The notes beneath the pieces are model-generated. The model ran no database searches, was not told the DNA's origin, and saw nothing but the letters and a program-made list of their open reading frames with translations. A DNA stretch of 64,000 nt from a virus (Duplodnaviria > Caudoviricetes), in the IMG/VR virus record IMGVR_UViG_3300001528_000259, positions 64,001 to 128,000 of that record. One strand, 5' to 3'. The position numbers were made by a program, and so were the translations under genes. The number at the start of each line of letters is the position of its first letter. The stretch's first letter is position 1. Shown here piece after piece: positions 1 through 10,300 of this stretch.

Positions 1-5
1 AACAC

Positions 6-34
6 TTTTGATATCAAAAATTTTATGTTATAAT
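6..34 (+). promoter_or_regulatory. sigmaA-type promoter (extended -10 TGnTATAAT at 26-34) with a perfect 14-bp palindrome TTTTGATATCAAAA (6-19) over the -35 region
   Basis: Read directly from sequence; lies just upstream of RBS GAGGTG (41-46) of an Arc-like repressor, so the palindrome is a plausible autoregulatory operator. Confidence 0.6.
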
Positions 35-49
35 ATAAAAGAGGTGAAT

Positions 50-202
50 ATGATGAAAAAAGAACCAACTCAAACAATGACAATTAGAGTGCCGATGAGT
101 TTACATTTGCAATTACAAATGGCGGCACACAAAGATAGTAGAACCGTTAACAGTTTGGTTAATAAAATTTTGAATGAATATGTTGAAAAGCGAAAAAAAT
201 GA
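50..202 (+). CDS. Arc/MetJ-like ribbon-helix-helix DNA-binding protein
   Basis: TMTIRVPMSLHLQLQMAAHKDSRTVNSLVNKIL matches the Arc RHH pattern; RBS GAGGTG precedes ATG 50; the only convincing + strand gene. Confidence 0.8.
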   Translation: MMKKEPTQTMTIRVPMSLHLQLQMAAHKDSRTVNSLVNKILNEYVEKRKK

Positions 203-232
203 GGTACAGATTAATTTCTGTACCTCATTTTT
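195..232. terminator. bidirectional intrinsic terminator
   Basis: AAAAATGAGGTACAGA-ttaatt-TCTGTACCTCATTTTT inverted repeat between convergent genes, A/T tracts on both sides. Confidence 0.85.
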
Positions 233-248
233 ATATTTTAAGATGTGC

Positions 249-1460
249 TTACAGTAAATCACTTGGATGCCATAGTGTGTATCCAGCATATTCACCCCAA
301 AGCGGCTTATGATTTTTACATTTTTTAGCTACCGTATCTGCATTAATACCAAGAAATTTTGCTGTATCATTATGGGATTTAAACTCCATCAATTTAGTAC
401 CATTTGCGTCGAACAGAAAAACTTCTTTGCAATTATTTTCTCTACATATTTCATAATTACAATCTCTGCAGAATTTATATTTTACCCATTGTCTAATTTC
501 TATTTCATATGATTTTCCACATTTAGAACAAATCCTCCAAAATTTTTTATGGCTTCTTACATCAACCATATCAGGGGTAATATTTCCATTCCGTGTATAA
601 TCCCATTGCTTTGCTTTGTCTGGACATTTAACCGCAAGTGAGTTTTTCTTTTTGTCCACAAAGTATTGTTCTTGTATAGTAAATCTGTCTCGTTTTGTAT
701 CAACATCTATATCAAATTGTAACAACTTAAATAATTCATTGAGTGCCCAATCTAAATCGGGTTCTTTGTGTAATATCGTATTGCCATCAATAAAGTTGTC
801 ATTACTATCTCCAACAAAAAACAGATCGATTCCTTGTTTTTTAAAGAAATCAACTTTTGTATCGTGTTCTTTATTTCTATGCCAAAAACTACCGTTGTAT
901 TCAATTCCAATATGTAATTCTGGAAGATAAATATCAAGTTCTTTGCCAAAATCTATATATCTATTATATGTAGGAGTAGCCTGTTTACAGTAAAAATAAA
1001 TTGCCTGTTCGGGAAAACTAGTATGCCTCTCAATTGCACATTGTGGACAACCTCTTTCACCATAACATCTTGACTTTATTTCAGCTGGCCATCTATGAGA
1101 ACATTGACTACATTTCCAGCCAACCTTTTTATGACTACCAGCGGTAATATCTGTTGGAAATAAATCTCGGTTGACTTCATAATCCCATTCCTGTGCAATG
1201 TTAGGATGGGTAGTGGCGAGATCGTTAAATCCACGTAAAACCACATTTCCAGAACAGGCAGGACATCCATGTCCGTGCATTAAATTTTTTGGCTTTGGCT
1301 CCCACTTACGACCATCTATATAATGATCAAATCCACAGACTCTACATCTGCAATAAACACCAATTGAGTGTCCCATATATTGTCCTAACACATCAATATT
1401 TGGTTGTTTAATCTTCATTTTAGAAATAAATGTTTCGTGTGTTGTTTTATGCACACCCAT
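249..1460 (-). CDS. free-standing putative homing endonuclease: zinc-ribbon (DUF4379-like) repeats, Vsr/EDxHD-like nuclease core, C-terminal NUMOD1-like domain
   Basis: CxxC pairs; LATTHPNIAQEWD..GSHKKVGWKC repeats; ELDIYLPELHIGIEYNGSFWH core; VFLFDANG..EFKS..A..LG C-terminus. Start reassigned to ATG 1460 behind RBS AAGGAGG. Confidence 0.75.
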   Translation of the reverse strand: MGVHKTTHETFISKMKIKQPNIDVLGQYMGHSIGVYCRCRVCGFDHYIDGRKWEPKPKNLMHGHGCPACSGNVVLRGFNDLATTHPNIAQEWDYEVNRDLFPTDITAGSHKKVGWKCSQCSHRWPAEIKSRCYGERGCPQCAIERHTSFPEQAIYFYCKQATPTYNRYIDFGKELDIYLPELHIGIEYNGSFWHRNKEHDTKVDFFKKQGIDLFFVGDSNDNFIDGNTILHKEPDLDWALNELFKLLQFDIDVDTKRDRFTIQEQYFVDKKKNSLAVKCPDKAKQWDYTRNGNITPDMVDVRSHKKFWRICSKCGKSYEIEIRQWVKYKFCRDCNYEICRENNCKEVFLFDANGTKLMEFKSHNDTAKFLGINADTVAKKCKNHKPLWGEYAGYTLWHPSDLL

Positions 1461-1568
1461 CTTTAGTTCCTCCTTACAGGTAAAAAACAAAATGAAGTGG
1501 TTAGAGAATGGTAAGGCACTCTCAACGATGATCAGTCGCTGTCCCACCAATCATTTTGTTGTGTAATC

Positions 1569-1596
1569 ATTATATCGCAAATAATCTATTTGTCAA
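1569..1596 (-). promoter_or_regulatory. consensus sigmaA promoter TTGACA-N16-TATAAT for the endonuclease gene
   Basis: Minus strand reads TTGACA aatagattatttgcga TATAAT. Confidence 0.75.
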
Positions 1597-1631
1597 TATG
1601 GATATGACACAATTTACACTTTATTAATATT

Positions 1632-1949
1632 TTATTTTGTATTGATTTTTTTACTTGTAGATACGATTTCGTCTATCATCTTAGATACCGCATCAAGATC
1701 AACTTCATAATCTAGCGTCTTGCTCAGTTGAGTGATGCTATCCATGACATATGCTTTCCTATCCGCCCCATTTTGGTAGTTCTCTTCAGCCTCGGTCATG
1801 AGTTCTAATACAATTGACATAATCTTCCCAAAGTTCTTTTCCTTAATTGCCATCTTAATATATTTAACTAATTGTATAACAAGCGGAATCGCAGTACCAA
1901 GTCCAGCTACAATAGCAAGTATAAGATTTAAAACATCCATAAATTCCAT
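1632..1949 (-). CDS. putative holin (LL-H-like)
   Basis: N-terminal TM helix, then AEE..GADRK.YV motif; located at end of tail module. Confidence 0.6.
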   Translation of the reverse strand: MEFMDVLNLILAIVAGLGTAIPLVIQLVKYIKMAIKEKNFGKIMSIVLELMTEAEENYQNGADRKAYVMDSITQLSKTLDYEVDLDAVSKMIDEIVSTSKKINTK

Positions 1950-1968
1950 AATAACAGCCTCCTTTTAA

Positions 1969-2421
1969 TCATTTTGATGTGTGATAGGCGGGAAACTCTT
2001 GATTATTATAATAATTCATAATAAAATTAAATTCAGTTTCTCCGTCATGATTTTCGTGTAATTTTTCGCTGTATTTTCGATAAATAGATCGAATGTGGTC
2101 CATCTCTTCTGGGTGCAACCTAATTCCTCGACGGCACCTGTTTCCACAAGCAAATAATTCACCACGAATCCTATCAGCTTCATTTTCCAGCACATTTGAC
2201 TTTACACGTGCAAGTTCTTCTTTGATATTTTCGTTATCTTGAAGAAGAAGATCCATTTTATTCGTTACATCATTCATTTTCTCAACCATTTGTGTAAACT
2301 GAGATTTTCTGGACACAGATTCAACAATCCAGTTTCTCAATGGCTTGATAATTGCAACCGCCAAGCCCAATATAGTCGATATACAACCAACTACGGTTGC
2401 AATGTTTTTAAAAATATTCAT
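1969..2421 (-). CDS. membrane-anchored coiled-coil protein, holin-associated
   Basis: One N-terminal TM segment plus coiled coil; lies between tail-tip gene and holin. Confidence 0.55.
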   Translation of the reverse strand: MNIFKNIATVVGCISTILGLAVAIIKPLRNWIVESVSRKSQFTQMVEKMNDVTNKMDLLLQDNENIKEELARVKSNVLENEADRIRGELFACGNRCRRGIRLHPEEMDHIRSIYRKYSEKLHENHDGETEFNFIMNYYNNQEFPAYHTSK

Positions 2422-2479
2422 GAGCGTTTACCTCTATATCATAATGTATTTTTTGTTCTGCTCAGAGGTTCTTTTATTT

Positions 2480-4531
2480 TTATTTCCATCTACCGCTTAC
2501 ACTTATCATATAATAGACACTATAATCTGCCGTGTTTGTTTGATGCGTAATTATAAAATTAGTAGTTGTACGCCCTTCATTCCCTGCAGAATTTGCAACT
2601 AAATACTTATTAGTAATGGTTCCATTTAATGAAGGAGATATATTAACAGTATAATCATTGCTAGAAAATGTAAATGGTAGAGTTACTGTCATTTCAGACA
2701 TTGTGGTACTACCTTTAAGGCTAGCCTTTCCCCAACATTCTGCAATGCCACTATTCCATTTACGATATGTCCAAATTCCCGTCGTGCCTTGTTCAACAAC
2801 ATAGTCAGTTACAAATCTTGTATCTAAAATCGTTCTCCAGTCACTCCAAGTTTTATTCATTTGCTGCCTCCATGATAAAGCGTCATTACCTGTCAAATTA
2901 GATCGTATTTGCATACCATAATTTGTTCCATCCGTCTTGCCATTTCTATGACGAACACTAATAACGTTATACCATGCATCTCCAATTGAATATGTTCCAA
3001 TAAAGCTTGGAGAATTTGCAACCCATTCATGGTTGCCAACGCTTGCAGATCCACCATTTATATATGTGTCTCCACTTATATTGGCACCATTAACAGTTCC
3101 GACAACCGTAGCATTGCCATCGATATTGACGTTTTTATTAAAATCCGCATTCAAAGAACACTCAAATTCATCCTTAGTAGACATACCGCCTATTGCAACA
3201 CCCTTACCATTTGGTCGAATGTTAATTGGTCTTGCTGCTGACAATAAAGGTCTTGTATCAAAGCTCGTTGCACCATAAGAGTCTGTAATAGTAAACTTAA
3301 TAAGATATGCATTTGCTAACGCAAACGCTCCGCCTCCATACGTCCCCGTCTTAGAAGATGCAGTATCGGATGCGGCTTGAAGAGTCGTTGCCGCAGAATA
3401 CGAAGTACCATTGTTACTACTATATGCAGCAGTAACTGTTCTTGTATTTTTGCCACCAACATTAGAATATGTTGAATTTACAGTATATTTAGCATAAGTT
3501 CCGCTTTCCGTGAGATTGCCATTTGCGTCACAGCGTTGTACGGAAATAGATCCAATTGCAGGTGCGCTATATGGGTAGACATATATTTGTACTGATTTAC
3601 TTGCTGTTCTACCGCGTGAATCGGTTACCTGCACATAATATGTTAATGTTCCAGAAGCTTGTATAGCAGATGTAGTAATGTTATTAGATGTGGTTGTTGT
3701 ATACACATCTGGTCCACTATAAGTATAAGAAGATATGCTACCTCCATTTCCTGCGGACGCAGATGCAGTTAACTTTACAGTAGTTTTACCTTGCACATAT
3801 AGTCCACTTAATCCATTGGTTGCTATTGCAGCTGTAAAACCACTAACAGATGGAACAATAGAGGAAGGAACATTTGCAACTACATTTTTTGATGTACTTG
3901 CTATAAATGTACTACCGCTGTATGTAGATAAAACCACAGTAACTGTGCCACTTGTGGCATTTGGAAACCATGAGTGAGGAACCGTATAGCTAAATGAATT
4001 GGTGCCAGATGACAAAGTAATCGTATCTTTAAGAGTGCCTCCAATTTTCAATTCAACTTTATGGTTAAAAGCAGATGATGAAGGAGATATTGTACCAGAC
4101 AATACTGTACCTGTATCAATGTTTGCTGGTGTTGTTAATCCAGAAGCCCTTGGAATTGTTGGAAGTGTAATTGTTGAACTTACAGACATTGTTCCAACGG
4201 AGTATCCACGATAACTACCATTCATTACAAATGCTCCTGAAAGGTTGCAGCTTCCAGTACCGTCGTTATTGTGAGAAACAGTTACGTTTTTGGTTGCAAG
4301 TGTTGTTGTGGTAGTAGAAGAACCGCCATAACTAATTGAAGTGCTGTAATCAGTTCTACTACCACCAACAGAAATGTACGAACCACTAAGTGCAGATGCG
4401 TACAGAGCATAGTGATTTGTCAATTGTAAACTTGCAGATACAGTTGTTGTATTTGCTGTTGTATTTTGAGAATATGAATAAACGATTTGCAGAGTCATTC
4501 CGCCAACCGATGTTCCAGTAATAGTCGCCAT
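2480..4531 (-). CDS. DUF859-type siphovirus minor tail / receptor-binding protein
   Basis: TLPTIPRAS, VTDSRGRTAS and YSAP..SVQRCDANG motifs; C-terminal DYVVEQGTTGIWTYRKWNSGIAECWG module. Confidence 0.75.
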   Translation of the reverse strand: MATITGTSVGGMTLQIVYSYSQNTTANTTTVSASLQLTNHYALYASALSGSYISVGGSRTDYSTSISYGGSSTTTTTLATKNVTVSHNNDGTGSCNLSGAFVMNGSYRGYSVGTMSVSSTITLPTIPRASGLTTPANIDTGTVLSGTISPSSSAFNHKVELKIGGTLKDTITLSSGTNSFSYTVPHSWFPNATSGTVTVVLSTYSGSTFIASTSKNVVANVPSSIVPSVSGFTAAIATNGLSGLYVQGKTTVKLTASASAGNGGSISSYTYSGPDVYTTTTSNNITTSAIQASGTLTYYVQVTDSRGRTASKSVQIYVYPYSAPAIGSISVQRCDANGNLTESGTYAKYTVNSTYSNVGGKNTRTVTAAYSSNNGTSYSAATTLQAASDTASSKTGTYGGGAFALANAYLIKFTITDSYGATSFDTRPLLSAARPINIRPNGKGVAIGGMSTKDEFECSLNADFNKNVNIDGNATVVGTVNGANISGDTYINGGSASVGNHEWVANSPSFIGTYSIGDAWYNVISVRHRNGKTDGTNYGMQIRSNLTGNDALSWRQQMNKTWSDWRTILDTRFVTDYVVEQGTTGIWTYRKWNSGIAECWGKASLKGSTTMSEMTVTLPFTFSSNDYTVNISPSLNGTITNKYLVANSAGNEGRTTTNFIITHQTNTADYSVYYMISVSGRWK

Positions 4532-4547
4532 TCTTTTTTCACCTCTC

Positions 4548-7349
4548 TTATATATTCGCTACTATTGAAAGGCTGCCATTGCTTTCCACGACAATGCTAA
4601 AATTGCCTATATTAATAACTGGTGCTTGTAACATAGTACTTCCAGAATATTTACCAGTTATAGTCAATGGAGATTCAATTTCAGCTTCTTTAATGTTCAT
4701 TTTTGTGCCGTTTATATATGCAATTGATTCGTTGCCATAATTAAATGACAGCCGTTCATTTGTGAGCGATGTCGAAAACTTTGATGCAGTACCACTCGCA
4801 TCTCTGGCGCTGATTTTTAGTCCATCTGTCGAATCAAATGAAAAATACTGGTTATACGTATCAATATTGTTTTGAATTGCGTCAATTTTTTCATCATATT
4901 TAGTCGCAGTAATCCAGTCACTATCTTTATATGAACTATTAGTATGCTCCGCTCTTAAAAGCGTTCCGACTTCAAAACCCACAGGGATATAATCAACTCC
5001 AACGATCCATAAATCTCCTGCCGAATAATTAAATGGCTTAGTTGTAAAGACCTTATTCTCATCGTTTTTATCGTCAATTGTGGCAACACTCGCATATTCA
5101 ATGCCGTTAAATGTCATCTTACACATGTAACTTTTGCTGAATTCTACATCTTCACGAGTAACTGTTAGATAGGCATTTGTTCCATTAGAAACTTCAGACC
5201 ACCCGGTATTTTCATAAACATACCATTTATATGTTGCACCTGCTGTAATTGCAATGTCTCCGACGTAAGCAAATGTTTGAAGCGTTACTGTTGGTATATT
5301 TGTAGATAGAGCATATCCATTGCTAGAATAAATTTGAAATGTTACAGCGTCTGCTCCTGGAGTACCAACCGCACCATCTACACCTTGCTTTGCAACACCA
5401 TAAGCTATTTTTCCATCAGTAAAAGTGGTTTTTGTCCATAAATATGAGCCATCAGAAACTGCAACAACAGCATTGGACCATGTGCCCGTAGGAGCTGTGG
5501 TGGCTGATGAACCTTGTTGATATTGAATCGAGGATACTGCTACAGACGAACCGCTCGACCCAGTGTCTCCCTTTGAGCCTTGCTTTGCATATACATAGGT
5601 AACCGTATCAGTTATTGCATCGCTAGTATAATCTGTAATTGTCCGAGTCCATAAATATTTACCATCAGACACCGTAGGAATAGTTGATTGCCATGTGGTT
5701 GGTTGTGTAGTAGGGGTATCGGAAACACCATAGCTAACCGTGGTAGATTTGATTCCCACACCATTTGCGCCAGTATTTATTTTACTCCAATTTAATTTTA
5801 AATTTGTGCTTATGGGATTCGTTATTGGAATAGTAATTGTGCCACTCGTACTCGATGCCGAACCAAGAGTTGAATTATTTGCAATAGTAAATGTTAAAAT
5901 TTGTTCGTTAGATGTTATCACTGGCGTACTTACCGTCATTCCTGTGGGTAATCCTGTAATATTTCCAATAGTAGGTGTAACTTTTTCAGTACCTTTATAT
6001 GCAACTACGTTTGTTGTAAAGGCTTGTAGAGAAACTTGTCCACTCGAATCCGCACTAAATGAGATATTCTCGTTTGTAAGAAACGCTATTGATGCAGGTG
6101 TACCATCTGCTCCGTCGAATGTTTTATATATTGTATATATATCTTTATATTCACCATTACTTGCTCTAATGACTAATGTATTTGATGTTAAATTTTTACC
6201 AGTAATAGTTAATGTATTATTGTTTGCATTTAAAGATACACCAGCAGGGGCAATCGTCGTCCAACTCACGCCACCATTTATACTATATTCCCATGCTTCT
6301 ACTGTTGTATTAATTGTTTGAGCTGTTATTACAATAGTATTCGGAGTATATATTGGTGTAGCATCTTTGGATACCTTAAAAATTTGAGAAGTACCACTGA
6401 GGATTATATCTTTTGCATTATCTCCAACAAATTTAGACCAAATATATGAACTTGCGGCTGTTGGGGCTACGTTTGTATTTACAGTGCAAATACCTATGTG
6501 TGTTGTTGCGCTACTAGGATTTTGAGTCATATTCAAGCCATTTGCATCCGTAGCATATCTGATAAATACATAAGAAGATTGTCCATCTTTGCCTTGTGGC
6601 CCTTGAATTCTACCAACGTCCATAAAGTAATCATTACCGTCTCTAGAATCTACGCAGACATACATATTGCCATCTAACAAATAAGCATCGCCTAATGCAG
6701 CACCCGTAATTGTTGCGCCATTATATACAAGAGTATAATATGACGTACCAGATACCTCTGCTTTTGATGTTGCAGTACCCTTCACGTTAACAGAAGTACC
6801 GTCTTCTCCGACCATTTTGATAGCCGTAGTCCAAGTTTTACCACCATCATACGAGTAACGAATATATTTATGAGTGGTGGCATTAAGGGTTAAAGTCCAC
6901 CCAGATGCACCGTTGACTGAATATTGGGCTTGGACTGTTGGAGCAGAAGCCCCGTTGGTTCCGTTAAGACCAGTATCTGTTCTAGTAAATGTGATTTTTG
7001 ATGTTGCCGATATATTTTGATATGATGCAACACAAATATATGTCAGAATTGGTTTTGTTGCCAATGCATTATTGGTTGTTGTATAATTTCTTGTTTTTAT
7101 TAATTCTGTCACACTTGACCCATCGTCTACTTTCCATACAAAGGAAACTTTATCATAAGATTCTACTTCTCTTGAATCTAAATAAACATCTGCCGTTAAC
7201 TGTAGCCCAGAGCTCCAATCAGGAGAATATGCCCCTGTGTTAGAGTTAAAAACTTGAGAGTTCGGCATATTTGATTTGATATATACCTCAAGTTTTCTAT
7301 TGTCTGTTTGGTCAATAATCGTCAGTGTATTTGATTGTAAAATTGCCAT
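4548..7349 (-). CDS. tail fibre / host-specificity protein with short collagen-like and Thr-rich repeats
   Basis: GPQGKDG; repeated P..W....P....G.YLWT(R/K)T motif; position downstream of Tal. Confidence 0.7.
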   Translation of the reverse strand: MAILQSNTLTIIDQTDNRKLEVYIKSNMPNSQVFNSNTGAYSPDWSSGLQLTADVYLDSREVESYDKVSFVWKVDDGSSVTELIKTRNYTTTNNALATKPILTYICVASYQNISATSKITFTRTDTGLNGTNGASAPTVQAQYSVNGASGWTLTLNATTHKYIRYSYDGGKTWTTAIKMVGEDGTSVNVKGTATSKAEVSGTSYYTLVYNGATITGAALGDAYLLDGNMYVCVDSRDGNDYFMDVGRIQGPQGKDGQSSYVFIRYATDANGLNMTQNPSSATTHIGICTVNTNVAPTAASSYIWSKFVGDNAKDIILSGTSQIFKVSKDATPIYTPNTIVITAQTINTTVEAWEYSINGGVSWTTIAPAGVSLNANNNTLTITGKNLTSNTLVIRASNGEYKDIYTIYKTFDGADGTPASIAFLTNENISFSADSSGQVSLQAFTTNVVAYKGTEKVTPTIGNITGLPTGMTVSTPVITSNEQILTFTIANNSTLGSASSTSGTITIPITNPISTNLKLNWSKINTGANGVGIKSTTVSYGVSDTPTTQPTTWQSTIPTVSDGKYLWTRTITDYTSDAITDTVTYVYAKQGSKGDTGSSGSSVAVSSIQYQQGSSATTAPTGTWSNAVVAVSDGSYLWTKTTFTDGKIAYGVAKQGVDGAVGTPGADAVTFQIYSSNGYALSTNIPTVTLQTFAYVGDIAITAGATYKWYVYENTGWSEVSNGTNAYLTVTREDVEFSKSYMCKMTFNGIEYASVATIDDKNDENKVFTTKPFNYSAGDLWIVGVDYIPVGFEVGTLLRAEHTNSSYKDSDWITATKYDEKIDAIQNNIDTYNQYFSFDSTDGLKISARDASGTASKFSTSLTNERLSFNYGNESIAYINGTKMNIKEAEIESPLTITGKYSGSTMLQAPVINIGNFSIVVESNGSLSIVANI

Positions 7350-10300
7350 TAAGAGGCACCTCCTTCTATATTAAATTTAGTTTCATCAAAATTTACGGAA
7401 CATGAAAATTGAGCATTACGATCAACATCTCCATGCTTAACAAGAATTATGTTAGGTTTACCGTCTACTAATGTTGGTGCCCATGTACTACCACCACTTA
7501 AAGCACGCTTCCACGTAAACGTTCCGCCATTAGCAATGACCTGTGCTGTAATATCCTTATCTGTTGTTTTATTATAATCATATACCTTGCAAGTAATTTG
7601 ACAAAAGTCACTTTCAATATCCGAAAATACTGTTAAACCAGTATATTCAAGAACAACTTGGAAACGATATGCGTTATCAATAACTTTTATTGCATCAACA
7701 TAATTTTTACCGTCAGATTTTATTTCAACACTACCATCTTCGTTTACAACAAACTTAGTATCACCAGAGCCAATTTCTATTGAACCACCTTTTATAAGTT
7801 TACCTTCTAACGTATCTGCTGTAACATATTCTGCAATTGGACCCCAACGTTCTTCACCGTTAATTTTATATTTACCAAAAGCGGCTTTAGATGTTCTCCA
7901 CGAATCATTTGTCGCCACTAATGAGTTATTAATTATGGCCATTTCTTCGGGTTCAAATTCAGTTGTAGAGCCATCACGATATTTTCTAAAATGCATACCC
8001 GTAGAATCCCAAGAAATTGCCTGCCCACTAGCACTACCAACGGCTAACGCCATATCTTTTAACCCATTAGAAATATCTTCTTCTAATTTATTTGTCTTAT
8101 CAACCGCCTTTTGCCATGAACCGCTCGATTTAGCTACTTGTTTTCCAGCAGTAACAGCAGTTTTTAACAAATCAGCATGCTTATCAACTTCTGATTTTGT
8201 TGTAATTAAATTGCCAAATGTGCAAGAAAAATCACTCAAATCATCAAAATTCATATCAACCTCAAGCAACCTCGACCTCTTAACATATCCATCTCTGACA
8301 CCGACTCTTATAAAATTTCCAAGTTGGAATTGGTCAAATAAGGGCTTAAATTCAGGGAAAGCAAGAATATTCGCCATAGTCATAGAAAACTCAAGACTCG
8401 GTTTACACAATGTTTTCAATTCTTTATTGGCACTTTCTAAAAGTTCTTGACAAATTTTAATTCGCTCTTCTTCTGATTCGTACCCAGTAAGCAAGAAATT
8501 TGAATCGTTAAATTCATCTTCTTTAATAAACGGAGACAATCTGATCCATTGATCTGTTGTAAAGAATTTATTCATCTCTGTTTTGTCTCGTATATACTCC
8601 ATTATCATTTGATATACACCTTGAGAGTTTGCATATGATACATATGGAGTTGTATTTTTTAGATAGACAGCGAAAATATGACCGCTTGTCACAACATAAA
8701 GTGTTTTAGAATCAGTTGTACCATCATAAGTTAAAAATTCTTCTTCACTTAATATATTAATGGGGGTATATGTTTCTGTATTGGTCTTAATATAATATTT
8801 TTCAACTACATTAAAATCTTTTACATTTTTCCCATACACAATTGGATCAAAAGATGTTGTAAAAGTGTATAATGGTAGTTTTTGATTAATAGAGACTCTA
8901 GTAATTGTATAACCCTTACCAAAATGTGCTTCTGCTGCTCTATACAAATCCGCCTCCAATAATTGTCCATTATAACGCAAATTGCCATCACTGCCTTCTT
9001 GATACAAAGAAATATCAATGGTTCTGTCTGGCACAAGATAGCCATCGGAATAATATTCTGCTTCACGTTCTTTGATTGACAATACCGATTGTACAGATAC
9101 AAGTTTCTCATAATTGTCAATGTATCTTTGATAATTTTCATAATCCATTTGATCAGATTCTGATACTGTTGCGCTAATTGTTACCCAGCTAGTTCCATTA
9201 TATTCTTTTAATGCAACAGGATTGCTGTTTGTATCTAACCATCTTGTTCCTTCTTTGTAATCTCCATCCGGTTCTTCATCTTGTACAATGCATTGAGCTT
9301 TTTCTTTAGAAAACATAGCCTCGGTTTGAGTTTGAAAAATTGTTGTATATATTTTATGTTTCTCTTCAAGTAAACGCACACCGTAATCTTGCAAATTTTC
9401 AGGAATTGTTTCGTCTTTCGCTAGCACAAAATACGCACCCATAGTACCAATATAAGTAACTTTATATCCTTTTAAATTCATTTTCTGTGCTGTCAAATTA
9501 CCTTTTATCCAGTCTAAAATTGGATATTCATCTGGAGCCTCAGAAACACCGCTAGACGCTTTTACAACAACAGAATAAATATAATAATCATTTGCCCATA
9601 TTGTTGTTCCGTCCTTTGCAAACTCTGTTTTTTGTGCATTAAAATCTGTAGCATCCTTAAACGTAATATTCTTTTCAGAATACTTGCCTTTTTTATCTTT
9701 TGTATAATACTGTAATCGCTCATCATATTCCGTGGCTTCTTTGCGTTTATCATAGATGCGAATAGTTACCACATCCGATGATGAATTTTTCAGTTTTAGC
9801 AAAATGTTATCTTGTTTACTTGCCTCTGTATCAACATCTACGTGATATTGATTAAGCTTTTTTATGAGTGCAAATTTCTTTGCATCCCATTCCATATCTA
9901 CTTTAAACTTCTCATTCGTTTTCTGATAAATTAGTAATGCTCCTTGTACTACATACATATCTGCATCTTTTGGGGTAGGAATAGGTTCCAAATGCGCTTC
10001 ATCTAAATATAGATTTCCCGTTTCAACATATTCTGTACCCTTACCAATAGTTATCGTGCAATAGGCAGTATTAATCGGCGAAAAGGTACAATAAAGTTTT
10101 TTAAACTCATCACCAACAAGCACTACATTTCCTTCCGCAGGAACAGCGTTCATGAGATCGTTATAGCGGTTATTTGCAGATACCCAACCTTTCATTGCAT
10201 TTGAATACGCCATTGGGTATATTTGACTTTGATATCCATCTTTGTCTAAGCCTGTTTCTGCCTCGGTTAATGCTTCAAGATAATCACTATATGCATCAAA

